In this document: piece by piece, positions 10,585-20,846 of the stretch
Layout of the letters: each line of letters begins with the position of its first letter
Position numbering within the stretch: position 1 is the stretch's first letter
NCBI GenBank assembly: GCA_965214095.1
Contig: OZ243938.1
Coordinates: 4,768,001 to 4,832,000 of the forward strand
Direction of reading: 5' to 3'
DNA from: Candidatus Poribacteria bacterium
GTDB lineage: Bacteria; Poribacteria; WGA-4E; WGA-3G
DNA length: 64,000 nt
Program-made: the position numbers and the translations under genes
Notes under the pieces: model-generated
Databases searched by the model: none
Told to the model about the DNA's origin: nothing
Seen by the model: only the letters and a program-made list of their open reading frames with translations

Positions 10585-12198
10585 TTGATGTTGAAAAAAA
10601 TCGTAAATTTGTATCTGTTTCTTGTGCTTATGTTGACTGTATCTTCAGCTGTGTTTGGACACAGCGATTCCCCTACTTTGTTAGAGGATGTAAACAAGGA
10701 CGGGGTGGTAAATATTCAAGATTTAGTACTTGTCGCTGCTGCTTTTGGACAGCCGCGGGATCGCACGGCTCTACATGACCCTGATGTCAATCGCGATGGT
10801 ATTATCAACATACTTGATCTTGTTCGCGTCAGCAATCGTTTTGGCGAAACATTACCGGAGGAGCATTCAACTTATCACGCTATTCAAGAGTATATTTTTG
10901 ATAAAAGCTGCGTGAATAGTGCGTGCCATGCGGCACCGACAAATGTTGCAAGTTTGGACCTCAGCTATACGGCTTCTTATGAGGAGCTAATTGGACAAGC
11001 CCCAGAGAACCCGTCGGCATCGGATTCGGGTATGAAACTTGTTGATCCAGGCAATCCTGAAAATAGTTTCCTGTTGACGAAACTGATTACCCCTATATCA
11101 CAGGAGCATGGACAAATAATGCCCCTTAGTAGTGGTGTGCTTCACGACGGCAAAATAGATGCTATTCGGAAATGGATTGCTGCTGGTGCGCCACAGACAG
11201 GTAAAATAGAAGGGGTTGGTGATCTTGGTTTGCTACGAGACCCCGAAGAAAGATTTGTGCCACCGGCAGCACCGCTACCTGGGCAGGGGTATCAGTTGCA
11301 TTTACCGCCTTACACAATTGAACCGGGTACCGAACGCGAGGTCTTTTACGCAACACAGATCCGAGATGAAAATGGTGATCTGATAGAAGGCGATATATTC
11401 ATCAGTGGATTCGAGATATTCTACCCGACAGGTAGTCATCACTTTATCTTATACAGACTCACCGATGCAGCAATAGAAGAAGACATTCTGCAAGCGGGTG
11501 TCACGCCGGGAATAGGCGTTGACCCGAACCACGTTTTTCGTGAACTGGATCCAGAGGATCCGCAAGCATTTGGAAATATAGGGATTCACCGGTTCTTTGT
11601 TGGCGGGACACAATCTAAGGATCTCTCCTTTGAGTTTCCTGAAGGTGTTGCGCTGCGTCTCCCTGGTGACACGCTGTTCGACTTAAACTCTCACTACATC
11701 AACTTATTAGGCACAGAAACACTCGTCGGTGAGGTTTATATAAATATTTACACGGTTCCGCCTGAAGAAGTCAAGCATGAGGCGAAAGAGATTTTCGTTT
11801 CCAATACGAATCTTAACATTCCACCGGGTCTCACCCGTATAGCAAAAATGGACTGGTATGTTGAAGATGAACTTGATCGACGCGGTGTCCCTTCCGATGC
11901 CATCATGAATATAATGACACTGTCATCTCACATGCATAGACATGGTGAGTTGTTTGAAATTACGCGGATGTCAACGAATGAATTGCTTCACAGGAGTATC
12001 GTCTATGATAACGCACCGATCACGTTCTATAACCCACCGCTAATGCTTGATGCGACCGATGGACTAAGTTTTCAGTGCACCCATAACAACTACGATCGCG
12101 ATGTGTCGATTGAGTTCGGATTTACATCTGAGGACGAGATGTGTATAATCGTCGGGTATTATTATCTTTCAACGGAAGCGGAGATGACCGAAGACTGA
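10585..12198 (+). CDS. secreted dockerin-like + cytochrome c-like + copper type II monooxygenase-like protein
   Basis: Signal peptide; two DVNxDGxxNIxDL repeats; CVNSACH...MP...IRKWIAAGA; GSHHFILY, SHY, SHMHRHG, EDEMC. Confidence 0.75.
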   Translation: MMLKKIVNLYLFLVLMLTVSSAVFGHSDSPTLLEDVNKDGVVNIQDLVLVAAAFGQPRDRTALHDPDVNRDGIINILDLVRVSNRFGETLPEEHSTYHAIQEYIFDKSCVNSACHAAPTNVASLDLSYTASYEELIGQAPENPSASDSGMKLVDPGNPENSFLLTKLITPISQEHGQIMPLSSGVLHDGKIDAIRKWIAAGAPQTGKIEGVGDLGLLRDPEERFVPPAAPLPGQGYQLHLPPYTIEPGTEREVFYATQIRDENGDLIEGDIFISGFEIFYPTGSHHFILYRLTDAAIEEDILQAGVTPGIGVDPNHVFRELDPEDPQAFGNIGIHRFFVGGTQSKDLSFEFPEGVALRLPGDTLFDLNSHYINLLGTETLVGEVYINIYTVPPEEVKHEAKEIFVSNTNLNIPPGLTRIAKMDWYVEDELDRRGVPSDAIMNIMTLSSHMHRHGELFEITRMSTNELLHRSIVYDNAPITFYNPPLMLDATDGLSFQCTHNNYDRDVSIEFGFTSEDEMCIIVGYYYLSTEAEMTED

Positions 12199-12254
12199 CA
12201 ACGAAACGCCTATTTCAATATGATTAACTCACAACCTAACAGTGTTATATAACG

Positions 12255-15200
12255 CTATTCTTCTGGTAATGCATATACGCCGCGGCGTATTCTGACGATT
12301 TCATTTGACTCTACGAGTCGTGTGAGTTCATGTTGTATCGCTTCTGGATGTCCGTCGATGGCTGCGGTGATTTCGGCAGTTTTTTTCTCGCCGTCCGTGA
12401 GGAGAGAAAGGATTTGCTCTTTGAAGGTTTTACGTGGTATATTTCCGCCTCTAAGTCTTTGCAAGACGCGGTTTGCTTGTCTTTGAGAACACCCTAATAC
12501 GCGTTGCACTTCTTCTCTGCTGGAGTCTGCGGTTAGGTTTTCGCGCTCCTGTTCAAATCGTTCGCGTATGGCGATTATCTCCGGGAGTTTATCTAATCCG
12601 CCTGCGATTTCAAAATCTTCCCAGTCAAAGATTGCAGTTTCTGGTCTGTTGGTAATGTTGGGAAGTGGTACGCCTGCTATCAACACAATCCGTCTGTCAG
12701 TCAATCTGTCGAGTTCAGCCTGTACAATAATCTGCGTGAGTGAATAAATAGCCTGTTCCTCGTAAATACTTTGGAGTCGTGGGTCTTTGTATGTGCTGGA
12801 TTCCATTTCGTATTCATAAGAGAGCTGTTTTTCATCGTTTCCGAACAACATTTGTGCGCGTCGCCAAATGGCATTCGTTGTGCGTTGTGGTGTTCCAATG
12901 ACCCATATAACATCTGCCTCTTCAGGAAGAGTATCTGTCATTCTGCTTTTCTGGAAGTGATCTACGAAGCATACATTCCTATTCTTTGCGATGTCGTGCA
13001 ACCGTCTGGCAATATCTTGATTGGTTATGATTCCGTGTTTGACGTTCAAATTGCTTTCAATTTCAGTTTGAATGCCGCGTAGGAATCGTTGTCCAGTTTC
13101 TGAGAGTCTGACATGGCTCCAGTTGTCGTAATCGAGGATAGCTTCTGATGGATATGTGCCTGTGCGCACCTGAAAGACTCGGCTTCCGTGGCTCCATGGT
13201 ATGGGTTCCGTCCAATGTGTCTGTAGGTTTTGATTGGCGAACACTCTGTGTAGATGTTCATCAGAAAAGACGGAGGATACCAATAGGAGTCGTTTGACGT
13301 TGGGGTGAAGGACTGGTGGTACCCAAAATCGTAGGACTTCGCCATCCCATCGGATCGGTGCGTCCGTGTTTCTTTCATAATGTGTGAAGAATTGTTTGAG
13401 TTGGTGCCAATATGTCCAGTCTTGCTGCCGACACACGGTTGGGAATTGTTGAATGTTGTCAACAGTATCTGTATTCAAGATACCTGATTCAATAGCCTGT
13501 GTCAAAGACATTGGCACATCTGTTTCTACTGCGTTTGTGTGTGTGATGACTTGACACATCTGTTGGATAAGTTTTTCTTCTTGCCATTCAAAGGTTTGGA
13601 TGACTGCGCGGACACCTTTAACAGCGTCCCCGTAGTGTTTGTCTTTAATATCCAATGCGCTGAGGAGTGTTTTGGCGAAGTTGCCTAATTCGGTGCCTTG
13701 CCAGATCGTAGTCCATTCCTCCATAACGTTTTTTGTGAGTCTACATTCAAGGAAAAACTTATGTGTTCGTTGTTGGTTGATGACAATCAGTCGTTCGGTT
13801 CCGTCTTCTCGTTGTAGTATCTGTTCAACTAATTCGTTGTATTGTGGGTCAAGAAAGAGTTGTGGGATTGTCAAGAGTTGCACTGTTGCGTTTTGTGCTG
13901 CGTTGAATTGGGATAGGTATCCGCTTTGCTGACACTCGGTATAGACGGGACAGTGTGGACAGATGCTTTCGTTTGGGTTTCCGCCTTTTTCTTCAAGTGC
14001 GGTGCATCTATCTGCGTCTTCACAGACGTTTCCATTTTGAAATGGGGTTTTCATCCGTTCTTGTTGTGGAATATCTTTTACTTCTTCCCATCGGTGTGTT
14101 CGTAGTTTCCAGTAGAGAACGCCAGGTATGTTCTGTTCTTGAAAGTGTTTTTCTGCGCCTTCTGCGAACATTTTATCTGGCGTATTCACAGTAATTGCCC
14201 CACCGCTATGGAAATATGTTTCTTCTGCTTGTTCGTCCCACGGACCTATGCCAGTAATGATTCCGAGTATGCGTACACCTCTGTTGAACACGTCTTCAAT
14301 TTGAAACACATCTCTTTGGAGTATGTCATCTTTTTCGGTGTTATCGTCTTGTCCTAAGACGGGTGGTGGTCGTTTTATCGCTAATGGACTGAGTTGATCT
14401 TGTCGGACTTGGTTGATTTTGCCGCGAATAGGTAGTTTCGCATTATCTATTATGAAGGAGATGCCTGTATCGTCCCACACATCTGTGATTGGTGTTGGTT
14501 TGGTTGGGAGTCCACTGTTTGACGTGGCTGCGCGGATCCATACGACTCCGTCTCTTTCAAATAGTGAGACTTCATCCGTGTGTTCTGTTTCTTGGGATTG
14601 CGTCCAGCGGTGGATATCGTCCTCTTGTCGGACATAGGCAAATCCGCGTTGTAGGAATGCTTCTTTTGCGAGGTCAAGGTTTTCTGAACCGAGAGATTGG
14701 GGAACACGGGTGACAATTTGTTTGACTTCTGTGTTATCAGGTGCGGGTTCGTGAAGTTTTGCGCGGAGGACATCGATGGGTGCAAATAATACGTCTTTGT
14801 CAACGACTGGTGGGTCTAATAGGTTTCCGGTGAGGATTTCATAGCGTGCATCCCAACGTATATGTCCTTCGTCGCCATATATCTCAAGATATACGTCGCG
14901 CTGATAGGTGTTTTCTGCTTTCGGTGTGTCTTTGTATATATAGTATTTGGCAGTTTCTGTGTTGGGATGTAGATAATCTTGGACTCTACATGAGAAGCGG
15001 AGTCCACCGGATTTTCCTAATGTTAGGAGCGGGTTGTAGACGATATTGGTCAGTGCTTCAATACAATCGGCAACAGCGTCTGGTGCTGCACAGATTGCTT
15101 CATATTTGAAGTGCAGATTGTGCCATTGTGCGCCTTTGCGTTCTGATGGCGTGCCTGTGTATATTTTTATGCCCCACGATGTATGCCACTGTGATATATC

Positions 15201-15472
15201 CCAATCAGTTATTCTTTGGCGTTTTAAGAATCGTTTTCCTTTGAAATCTTCTGGACCTTGATCATTCCACGGGGCGCGTCCTATAGGCATGAATGAGATC
15301 TGTGCTTGTTCTAAGTCGCGAAGCATCAATGGGTGGCGGTGTGCACAGTATACGGTGTATTGGTGCGGGTGATCCTTTGTGTACATCGCAGGTGTTGCCT
15401 CTGTTTTGCGTTGACGTAGCGGCTTCTGATGTCGTTGATGACATTGCTGGATTATCCTATTTAGAGTCTTCA
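12255..15472 (-). CDS. large hypothetical protein: degenerate Prim-Pol-like N-terminus, Cys cluster, C-terminal HTH domains
   Basis: WGIKIYTG and GKSGGLRFS resemble primase-polymerase motifs; CEDADRC..CPHCPVYTEC; EEVQRVLGCSQRQANR and wHTH-like IVRIRRGVY; ORF runs to 15485, start uncertain. Confidence 0.6.
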
Positions 15473-15598
15473 TTGTTGTTGGCAACCCCCTATTGATATG
15501 GAACGTTAAATTATATTATACAGGGTTTTTTTATTTAATTCAAGTGTTGTTGTGAATCGGGGGTTTTTGTTTGTGATGGCGCGGAAATGTAAGGGGAG

Positions 15599-15742
15599 TG
15601 TCTGAACCAGGATTTTCAGGATTATGAGTTTGGCTCTCCAAAGTTCCTATTTGCAGGTTGATATTTGTTCTCTGGATGGCACTTTGATGCACCAATGTCT
15701 TATCCTGGAAATCTGGAAATCCTGTGAATCCTGGTTCAGACA
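15599..15742. repeat. inverted-repeat element family B (TGTCTGAACCAGGATT...AATCCTGGTTCAGACA)
   Basis: ~25 bp terminal inverted repeats built from 9-bp CAGGATTTT-like units; second copy at 21203-21360. Confidence 0.8.
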
Positions 15743-15766
15743 ATCGCGGTTGGAAACCGCTCATAC
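15743..15766 (-). repeat. REP-like palindrome overlapping the R-M gene stop codon
   Basis: ATCGCGGTTGGAAACCGCTCATAC, similar to 19134-19157 and 2511-2533. Confidence 0.6.
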
Positions 15767-18700
15767 AAGGGATGGTAAAATGTCGTCTATTGTATCCATT
15801 ATTCGTATGGTTTCGGCTATGGCGACGAGTATTTTGCGGTATTGGTTGAGGTCGTCTGTGGTTAAGCGTCTGTCCTTCCTGTCTTTTAGCCACTTATGGC
15901 AGACTTGATATGCTCCGATCTCATATTCCCAGACTTCTTGGGGGATATCGGCGAAGTGTTGGGTGGTGTTTATCCAGACTTTGTTATCGATATAGCGGAC
16001 GCGTTCTACTATGCCATCGCCTTCTCCTTCAAAGCGATGGGTGGGTTGTGGGACGTTTTTCAGGAGGTGTAGGTCAATTAGTTCTTGTCCTAACTCTGCG
16101 AGGGTGTGGAAGTGGTCTGTGTTCTGTGGTAATGGGATGCGGGGGAAGTCGTATCGGAGGAATTCGTAGTATCTGTTGCGATAGGTGGGACTGTATAGCA
16201 CGGCGTAGATGTAGGCGAGGATTTGTTCGGGTGTGATGCCGTCTGGGAGTCGGTGGGGGTCGGTTTGAGGGAGTCCTAACGACTCTGCAAGTGCAGTGAG
16301 GTATTCGAGTTTAAAGTTGAGTTTGATTCCTGTTTCCAGTAAACCATCGGGCTCGGGGTATAGGTAGAGTGGAAATAGATGTGTAGCTTCACTTCCTCTA
16401 TTTGAAACATAACTCTTTTCAGTTATGTTTTCTGTTATCAAAACATGGTTCCATGCAGCACTTGTAACAATTCTACACACAGAGAGCACTATATTTTCAA
16501 CGTCATGCAAATGTCGTATAATACTATAGTTTGGACGAGAATGAAAACCTGTTTGTCCAGTATAATATGTCCATCGTATGTCAAATGGACGGTAGCGAAT
16601 TGCCGTTAAGTGCTTTTCAACATCTGGGTTATTGCGGAGATCTGTTTGGGCGCGAGGTATTTGCCAATGATGCGTATCCTTTCCCAAGTTAAACCTTTCA
16701 CGGGCTTCCTCAGGATCAAGTGATACAAAGTCAGTTACCGTTTGCTTTACATCTTCAGCTGTCCAATGAATTGTCAATTTATCCCGTCCTGTAGCCATCC
16801 CTACTGACTCCGTATGAAAGATGTCACTTATTCTCCAACCTTTTGTATATTGAACTTGGAAATCTGTTTCATGTATGACAAACAAATAATAAGGTGATTC
16901 AGGGAGGATCTCAGACCAGTTTGTAGTCCGAACATTAGTTTCTGAGAGTTCGTGGTATTTTTCTTGACGTGTTCCCCACACATCCTCATATAAAACGTTT
17001 GCTTGTGTTCGGTTATCCCTTTCTTTAACACACAATAAAATACAAACACCTTGTGAAATGTCAAACACATTTTCGTTTTTCTCACCATCAGGGACTCTTT
17101 CTTGTATTCTTATGCTTCCGTGTAAATTGAGTATGTAGATTGAGTTGAAACTATCTAACAAACTTTTCCGCATCCCGCGAAAGCCAGGTCCGTTAAGGAA
17201 ACTATTGTTCACAATATAGCCAATAACACCTTCACCGTTTTCATCAATTCGCCACTGCGCCCACCGTGTAAATTTGACATAATCTGATTGGAGCATTTTC
17301 AAGTTTCTATCATTGAGTCGTTCCCCATTTATCTGTTTGTAATCCTCAATAAGTCTACCAATGAAAGTTAAATCGCCATTACTATCACGACTTGGGTTAG
17401 CGGAATCTTCAGGATATGGAGGATTGCCGATGATGGCGAGGATGGGTTCGTCGCGTTTTACGGAGAGGGCAGCGTTCACCTCGTCTGATATAAACGCTGC
17501 AAATGGGATGGATTCCACCATCTCTGCGGGTTGTTCCAATGTGTTGGTGAGATAGATGCGCAGGTTTTCATTGGATTGCCAACCTTGTGTCTGTAGGAAT
17601 AGACTCAACTTGAGATGCGCGATGGTATATGGGGCAACGAGCAATTCAAATCCGATGATGCGATTGACTAACTTTTCATTGACATATTGATGCCAAGTGC
17701 CTGTGCCGTCTGTCGTTGAGACATAATCACGTATGTTGTTAAGCACAGAGAGTAGGAATCCACCTGTTCCGGTTGCGGGGTCAAGGATGAGCGTGTTTTC
17801 ATCTGCGAGTCCGCTGGGTTTGTTGAGTTCTGTTTTGAGCAGGCTATCCACAGATCGCACGATGTAGGATATAACCTGTGGCGGTGTGTAGTAGACACCC
17901 CGATCAATGCGCCTTTGCGGGTCGTATTGAGCGAGGAAGGTTTCGTAGAAGTGGATCACCGGGTCTTCAAGGTGGTTTCTGGGTGTGAAAGCAGTGCGGA
18001 GCATCTCGGTCGGGACGTTCTGGAGTAGCGTTACGATGTCGTCAAGGATGTATGTGACGTTCTGTTCGGATGACATGCCTGCAACGTGACGGAAAAGTCG
18101 TTTCAGAAACCGATTGGATTGTGGTAGCGATTCGGTTGCGGTGAGTCGTGAGAAATGGGTAGCGTTTGGGAGTGTGCATCGTGCGGCGAACAATCCGTAA
18201 GAGAGCGTTTGTGCATACATATCCGAGAAGTCGGCTTTTGTGAGTGTAAGAAGGAGCGTTTCTCTGAATGCTTCGTATATGCCGAAGGTTTCGGTGGTCT
18301 CATCGGTGAGTGTGGTTGCTATCTGTGTTTTGAGTTCGCGTGTGCGTCTTGCGAGGTATCCTGCGAGTGCTTCTGGTGTGCCGATTTGGATGGCGTGATC
18401 CAGAAATCGTTGTATGAGTGCCCTGAGATCGTCTGTGTTGTCGGTAATTCGTGCGGTGTTGATTCGTTGTCCGTCTTTATACAACTCAAAATCTATGAAG
18501 TTGGTGAGGATGAAGTTGTCAAGGTTTTCCTTGAATCTGTCGTTTTGCTCTTCTGCGTGTCCTGTGAGATTGTCAAGGTCTGTGTCGGGTGCTTCTGCTT
18601 CAATGTATCCGATGGGTAGCAGACCGTCTTTGGCGATGATGTCGGGTCGTCCGATTTCGCTTATGTTTCTGGGTTCCAGTGTGTATCGGACGTTGGGGTT

Positions 18701-18838
18701 GTTGAGGCATTCAGCGGTGACGTTTTCAAGGAGTGTTTTTAGGTCTGGATGGAGTGATAGTTCTGCGGTGGCTTCGTCTGTGGCGCGGGTTTGGTCTATC
18801 TGTTGTAGGTAGTGGTTGCAGTGTGATTGGAATGGCAT
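15761..18838 (-). CDS. single-chain restriction-modification enzyme (PD-(D/E)xK-like nuclease + N6-adenine methyltransferase + type ISP-like specificity domain; no helicase)
   Basis: GRPD..GYIEAE, GVYYTP, ILDPATGTGGF, IIGNPPY, YRPFDIRW, YIYAVLYSPTYR, DFPRIP, IGAYQVCHKWLKDRK. Confidence 0.9.
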   Translation of the reverse strand: MPFQSHCNHYLQQIDQTRATDEATAELSLHPDLKTLLENVTAECLNNPNVRYTLEPRNISEIGRPDIIAKDGLLPIGYIEAEAPDTDLDNLTGHAEEQNDRFKENLDNFILTNFIDFELYKDGQRINTARITDNTDDLRALIQRFLDHAIQIGTPEALAGYLARRTRELKTQIATTLTDETTETFGIYEAFRETLLLTLTKADFSDMYAQTLSYGLFAARCTLPNATHFSRLTATESLPQSNRFLKRLFRHVAGMSSEQNVTYILDDIVTLLQNVPTEMLRTAFTPRNHLEDPVIHFYETFLAQYDPQRRIDRGVYYTPPQVISYIVRSVDSLLKTELNKPSGLADENTLILDPATGTGGFLLSVLNNIRDYVSTTDGTGTWHQYVNEKLVNRIIGFELLVAPYTIAHLKLSLFLQTQGWQSNENLRIYLTNTLEQPAEMVESIPFAAFISDEVNAALSVKRDEPILAIIGNPPYPEDSANPSRDSNGDLTFIGRLIEDYKQINGERLNDRNLKMLQSDYVKFTRWAQWRIDENGEGVIGYIVNNSFLNGPGFRGMRKSLLDSFNSIYILNLHGSIRIQERVPDGEKNENVFDISQGVCILLCVKERDNRTQANVLYEDVWGTRQEKYHELSETNVRTTNWSEILPESPYYLFVIHETDFQVQYTKGWRISDIFHTESVGMATGRDKLTIHWTAEDVKQTVTDFVSLDPEEARERFNLGKDTHHWQIPRAQTDLRNNPDVEKHLTAIRYRPFDIRWTYYTGQTGFHSRPNYSIIRHLHDVENIVLSVCRIVTSAAWNHVLITENITEKSYVSNRGSEATHLFPLYLYPEPDGLLETGIKLNFKLEYLTALAESLGLPQTDPHRLPDGITPEQILAYIYAVLYSPTYRNRYYEFLRYDFPRIPLPQNTDHFHTLAELGQELIDLHLLKNVPQPTHRFEGEGDGIVERVRYIDNKVWINTTQHFADIPQEVWEYEIGAYQVCHKWLKDRKDRRLTTDDLNQYRKILVAIAETIRIMDTIDDILPSLV

Positions 18839-18972
18839 AGTTTTAGTGTTTGTGCCTTCGTTCAGTTTGTGGCGTTAGTTCTATGGTTATTTATTATATG
18901 ATTCTTGGGTTTTTTGTCAAGTGTTTGTTTGTGAGTTGTGCTTGCACGTTGGCTGTGTTTGTTTGTGAGCAG

Positions 18973-19157
18973 TGCGGACATGTAAGTGGTGGCATGTCCG
19001 CATTTTTTGTGTGTCGCCCCTCTGGGGCTTATTTGATGGTGGAGCATTTGATCTATACACCTTTCGCACCTCTGGTGCTGAAGATTGCGGGGCACGGAGA
19101 CCCCGTACTACAATGGATGGTATGGTGGCTTTAATCGCGGTTAGAAACCGCTCCAAC
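18973..19157. repeat. cluster of distinct palindromic/REP-like elements
   Basis: TGCGGACATG..CATGTCCGCA-T6 (18973-19008); GCCCCTCTGGGGC and GCACCTCTGGTGC; GCGGGGCACGGAGACCCCGTACTAC (19084-19111); ATCGCGGTTAGAAACCGCTCCAAC (19134-19157). Confidence 0.65.
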
Positions 19158-19205
19158 AATGAAGATCAAATGGGTGAGGGAAGTGATGGGTTTGTTTTGG
19201 GTTGG

Positions 19206-19607
19206 TTAGGATTGCATTATTTCTAGCGTGTCGGTTTTGTGGTCTGTATCTCGGTGGTCTTCGGTTAGTGTTGGTGCTTTTTGATAGTCTGATTCAATAC
19301 CGTCTAATGGGACTATTGATAGACGACATCCAATTGCTTTGAGGACGGTTGTTAGCGTGTCGATGTGTAGGGATTCTTTGTTTGTTAGGACATCGGAAAG
19401 GATTTGTGGGTCAATGTCTGTTTGCTTTGCGACTTCGGCGATTCCACCCTTCGCTTCAATGATACTTTCTAAGGAAATCTGAATGATGGCGGCATTCCCA
19501 TGGCTTTCGTATTCTTCCATTACGGCAGAAAGGAAACTGCTCATATCTTCCTCTTCGGCAAGTTGTTCAATCAGGAACTTGTCCCAAGTTCCAAGTTTTT
19601 TAGTCAT
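19206..19607 (-). CDS. putative addiction-module antitoxin (HTH, HI1420-like)
   Basis: EAKGGIAEVAKQTDI..LS..LHIDTLTTVLKAIGCRL; overlaps the toxin stop codon. Confidence 0.85.
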   Translation of the reverse strand: MTKKLGTWDKFLIEQLAEEEDMSSFLSAVMEEYESHGNAAIIQISLESIIEAKGGIAEVAKQTDIDPQILSDVLTNKESLHIDTLTTVLKAIGCRLSIVPLDGIESDYQKAPTLTEDHRDTDHKTDTLEIMQS

Positions 19608-19941
19608 TTATCCTCTCCTTGTATTCTGTCCAATAGTTTTTTGCACGTTCAATATCTCTATTCTGTGAAGATTTGCCTCCACCACAAAGCAGGAGAACGA
19701 TTGTTTGGTCAACTTGAGCATAATAGACACGATAACCTGTACCAACATCAATCTTTAACTCCCAAACGCCATCACCAACAAATTTATGTTCACCAAGGTT
19801 GCCAAGCTTAACAGATTGTAGTCGTGCTCGAATCCGTTCTTTTGCTCTTGTATCTCGAATTGAATTGAACCATTCGGTGAAAGGATCATTTCCGTTTGGA
19901 AGTTGATAAGTATCAATTGTCCGTGGTTGGGCATCTCGCAT
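19600..19941 (-). CDS. type II toxin-antitoxin RelE/ParE (HigB-like, HI1419-like) toxin
   Basis: PFTEWFNSI, GNLGEHKFVGDGVWELKIDVGTGYRVYY, LLLCGGGKSSQNRDIERAK. Confidence 0.9.
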   Translation of the reverse strand: MRDAQPRTIDTYQLPNGNDPFTEWFNSIRDTRAKERIRARLQSVKLGNLGEHKFVGDGVWELKIDVGTGYRVYYAQVDQTIVLLLCGGGKSSQNRDIERAKNYWTEYKERIND

Positions 19942-20019
19942 TTACAAATTTCACATGTGAATAAGCAACAATTATCAATTCAGTATTATGTTAAACAGGA
20001 TCAAAACAAACTTTAGATA

Positions 20020-20122
20020 TATAGTAGATTTTAAAATTACTTGAACACTTTGCATCGGCGAGGTTAGGAAACCTCGCATACCATGGGACGAAAGTGTCAA
20101 CTTATATTTATAATTCACTATA
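20020..20122. mobile_element. MITE-like element with TATAG ends and central REP palindrome
   Basis: TATAGTAGATTTTAAAATTACTTGAACACTTT...AAAGTGTCAACTTATATTTATAATTCACTATA enclosing GCGAGGTTAGGAAACCTCGC. Confidence 0.65.
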
Positions 20123-20161
20123 TAGTATCATGTTTCCTATCCAAAGTCAAGATTCAGATTT

Positions 20162-20223
20162 TATGGTAAATTATTGAATTAATTCTACACATTGTTGAGG
20201 CGAGGTGGGGAAACCTTGCATAC
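20162..20223. repeat. half-element similar to the reverse complement of 28691-28753
   Basis: TATGGTAAATTATTGAATTAATTCTACACATTG followed by a degenerate GCGAGG..AAACCTTGC palindrome. Confidence 0.7.
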
Positions 20224-20846
20224 CGATGGGAAGGGATGTCTGTATCGGGGGTTTGCACGGATGGCGCGGAGAATATAAGAATGGCACATGGAGTGTGCCT
20301 ACTACTATGAAGAGACGCAATGATTGCGCGTCTACGAAGGGCGAAGTTGGGAATGCGCGAAGATGAAAGGTGTGTAGGTGAGTTTTTTGCACTTTAATTT
20401 GACTTATCAATTAAGGTAAAGTATAATTTACTGATATTAAGACGGTACATTATGTAGTATAGTTTGCATATTTTATGTCCTTATATTAGTTTTTAACTTT
20501 GCCTTGTTGTGATATAGCATCTTTCTGAGTATTTCGCTCAAGACACTATTTGTCAATTGATTGTAATCAAAGGAAACATTATATGATCTATGCTTTCATC
20601 AACTTTTCAATAACATACGATATCTTATCTCAAATTGATCTGTATGTTAATGTTACAGACTCCTTTCCTTGAAAACAACCTAATCTGGTGCCCTGACCAG
20701 TTGATACCAAACAACCTTTAAAAGTTAGGATTTATGATAATTGTTACATTATCATCTGTAAAGATGGATTTTCTAATTTATATACATTCTTGCTCAGGCA
20801 GGGGAGGACTCTTGAGATTTTCGCTTGAGGGTCGGACACATACATT

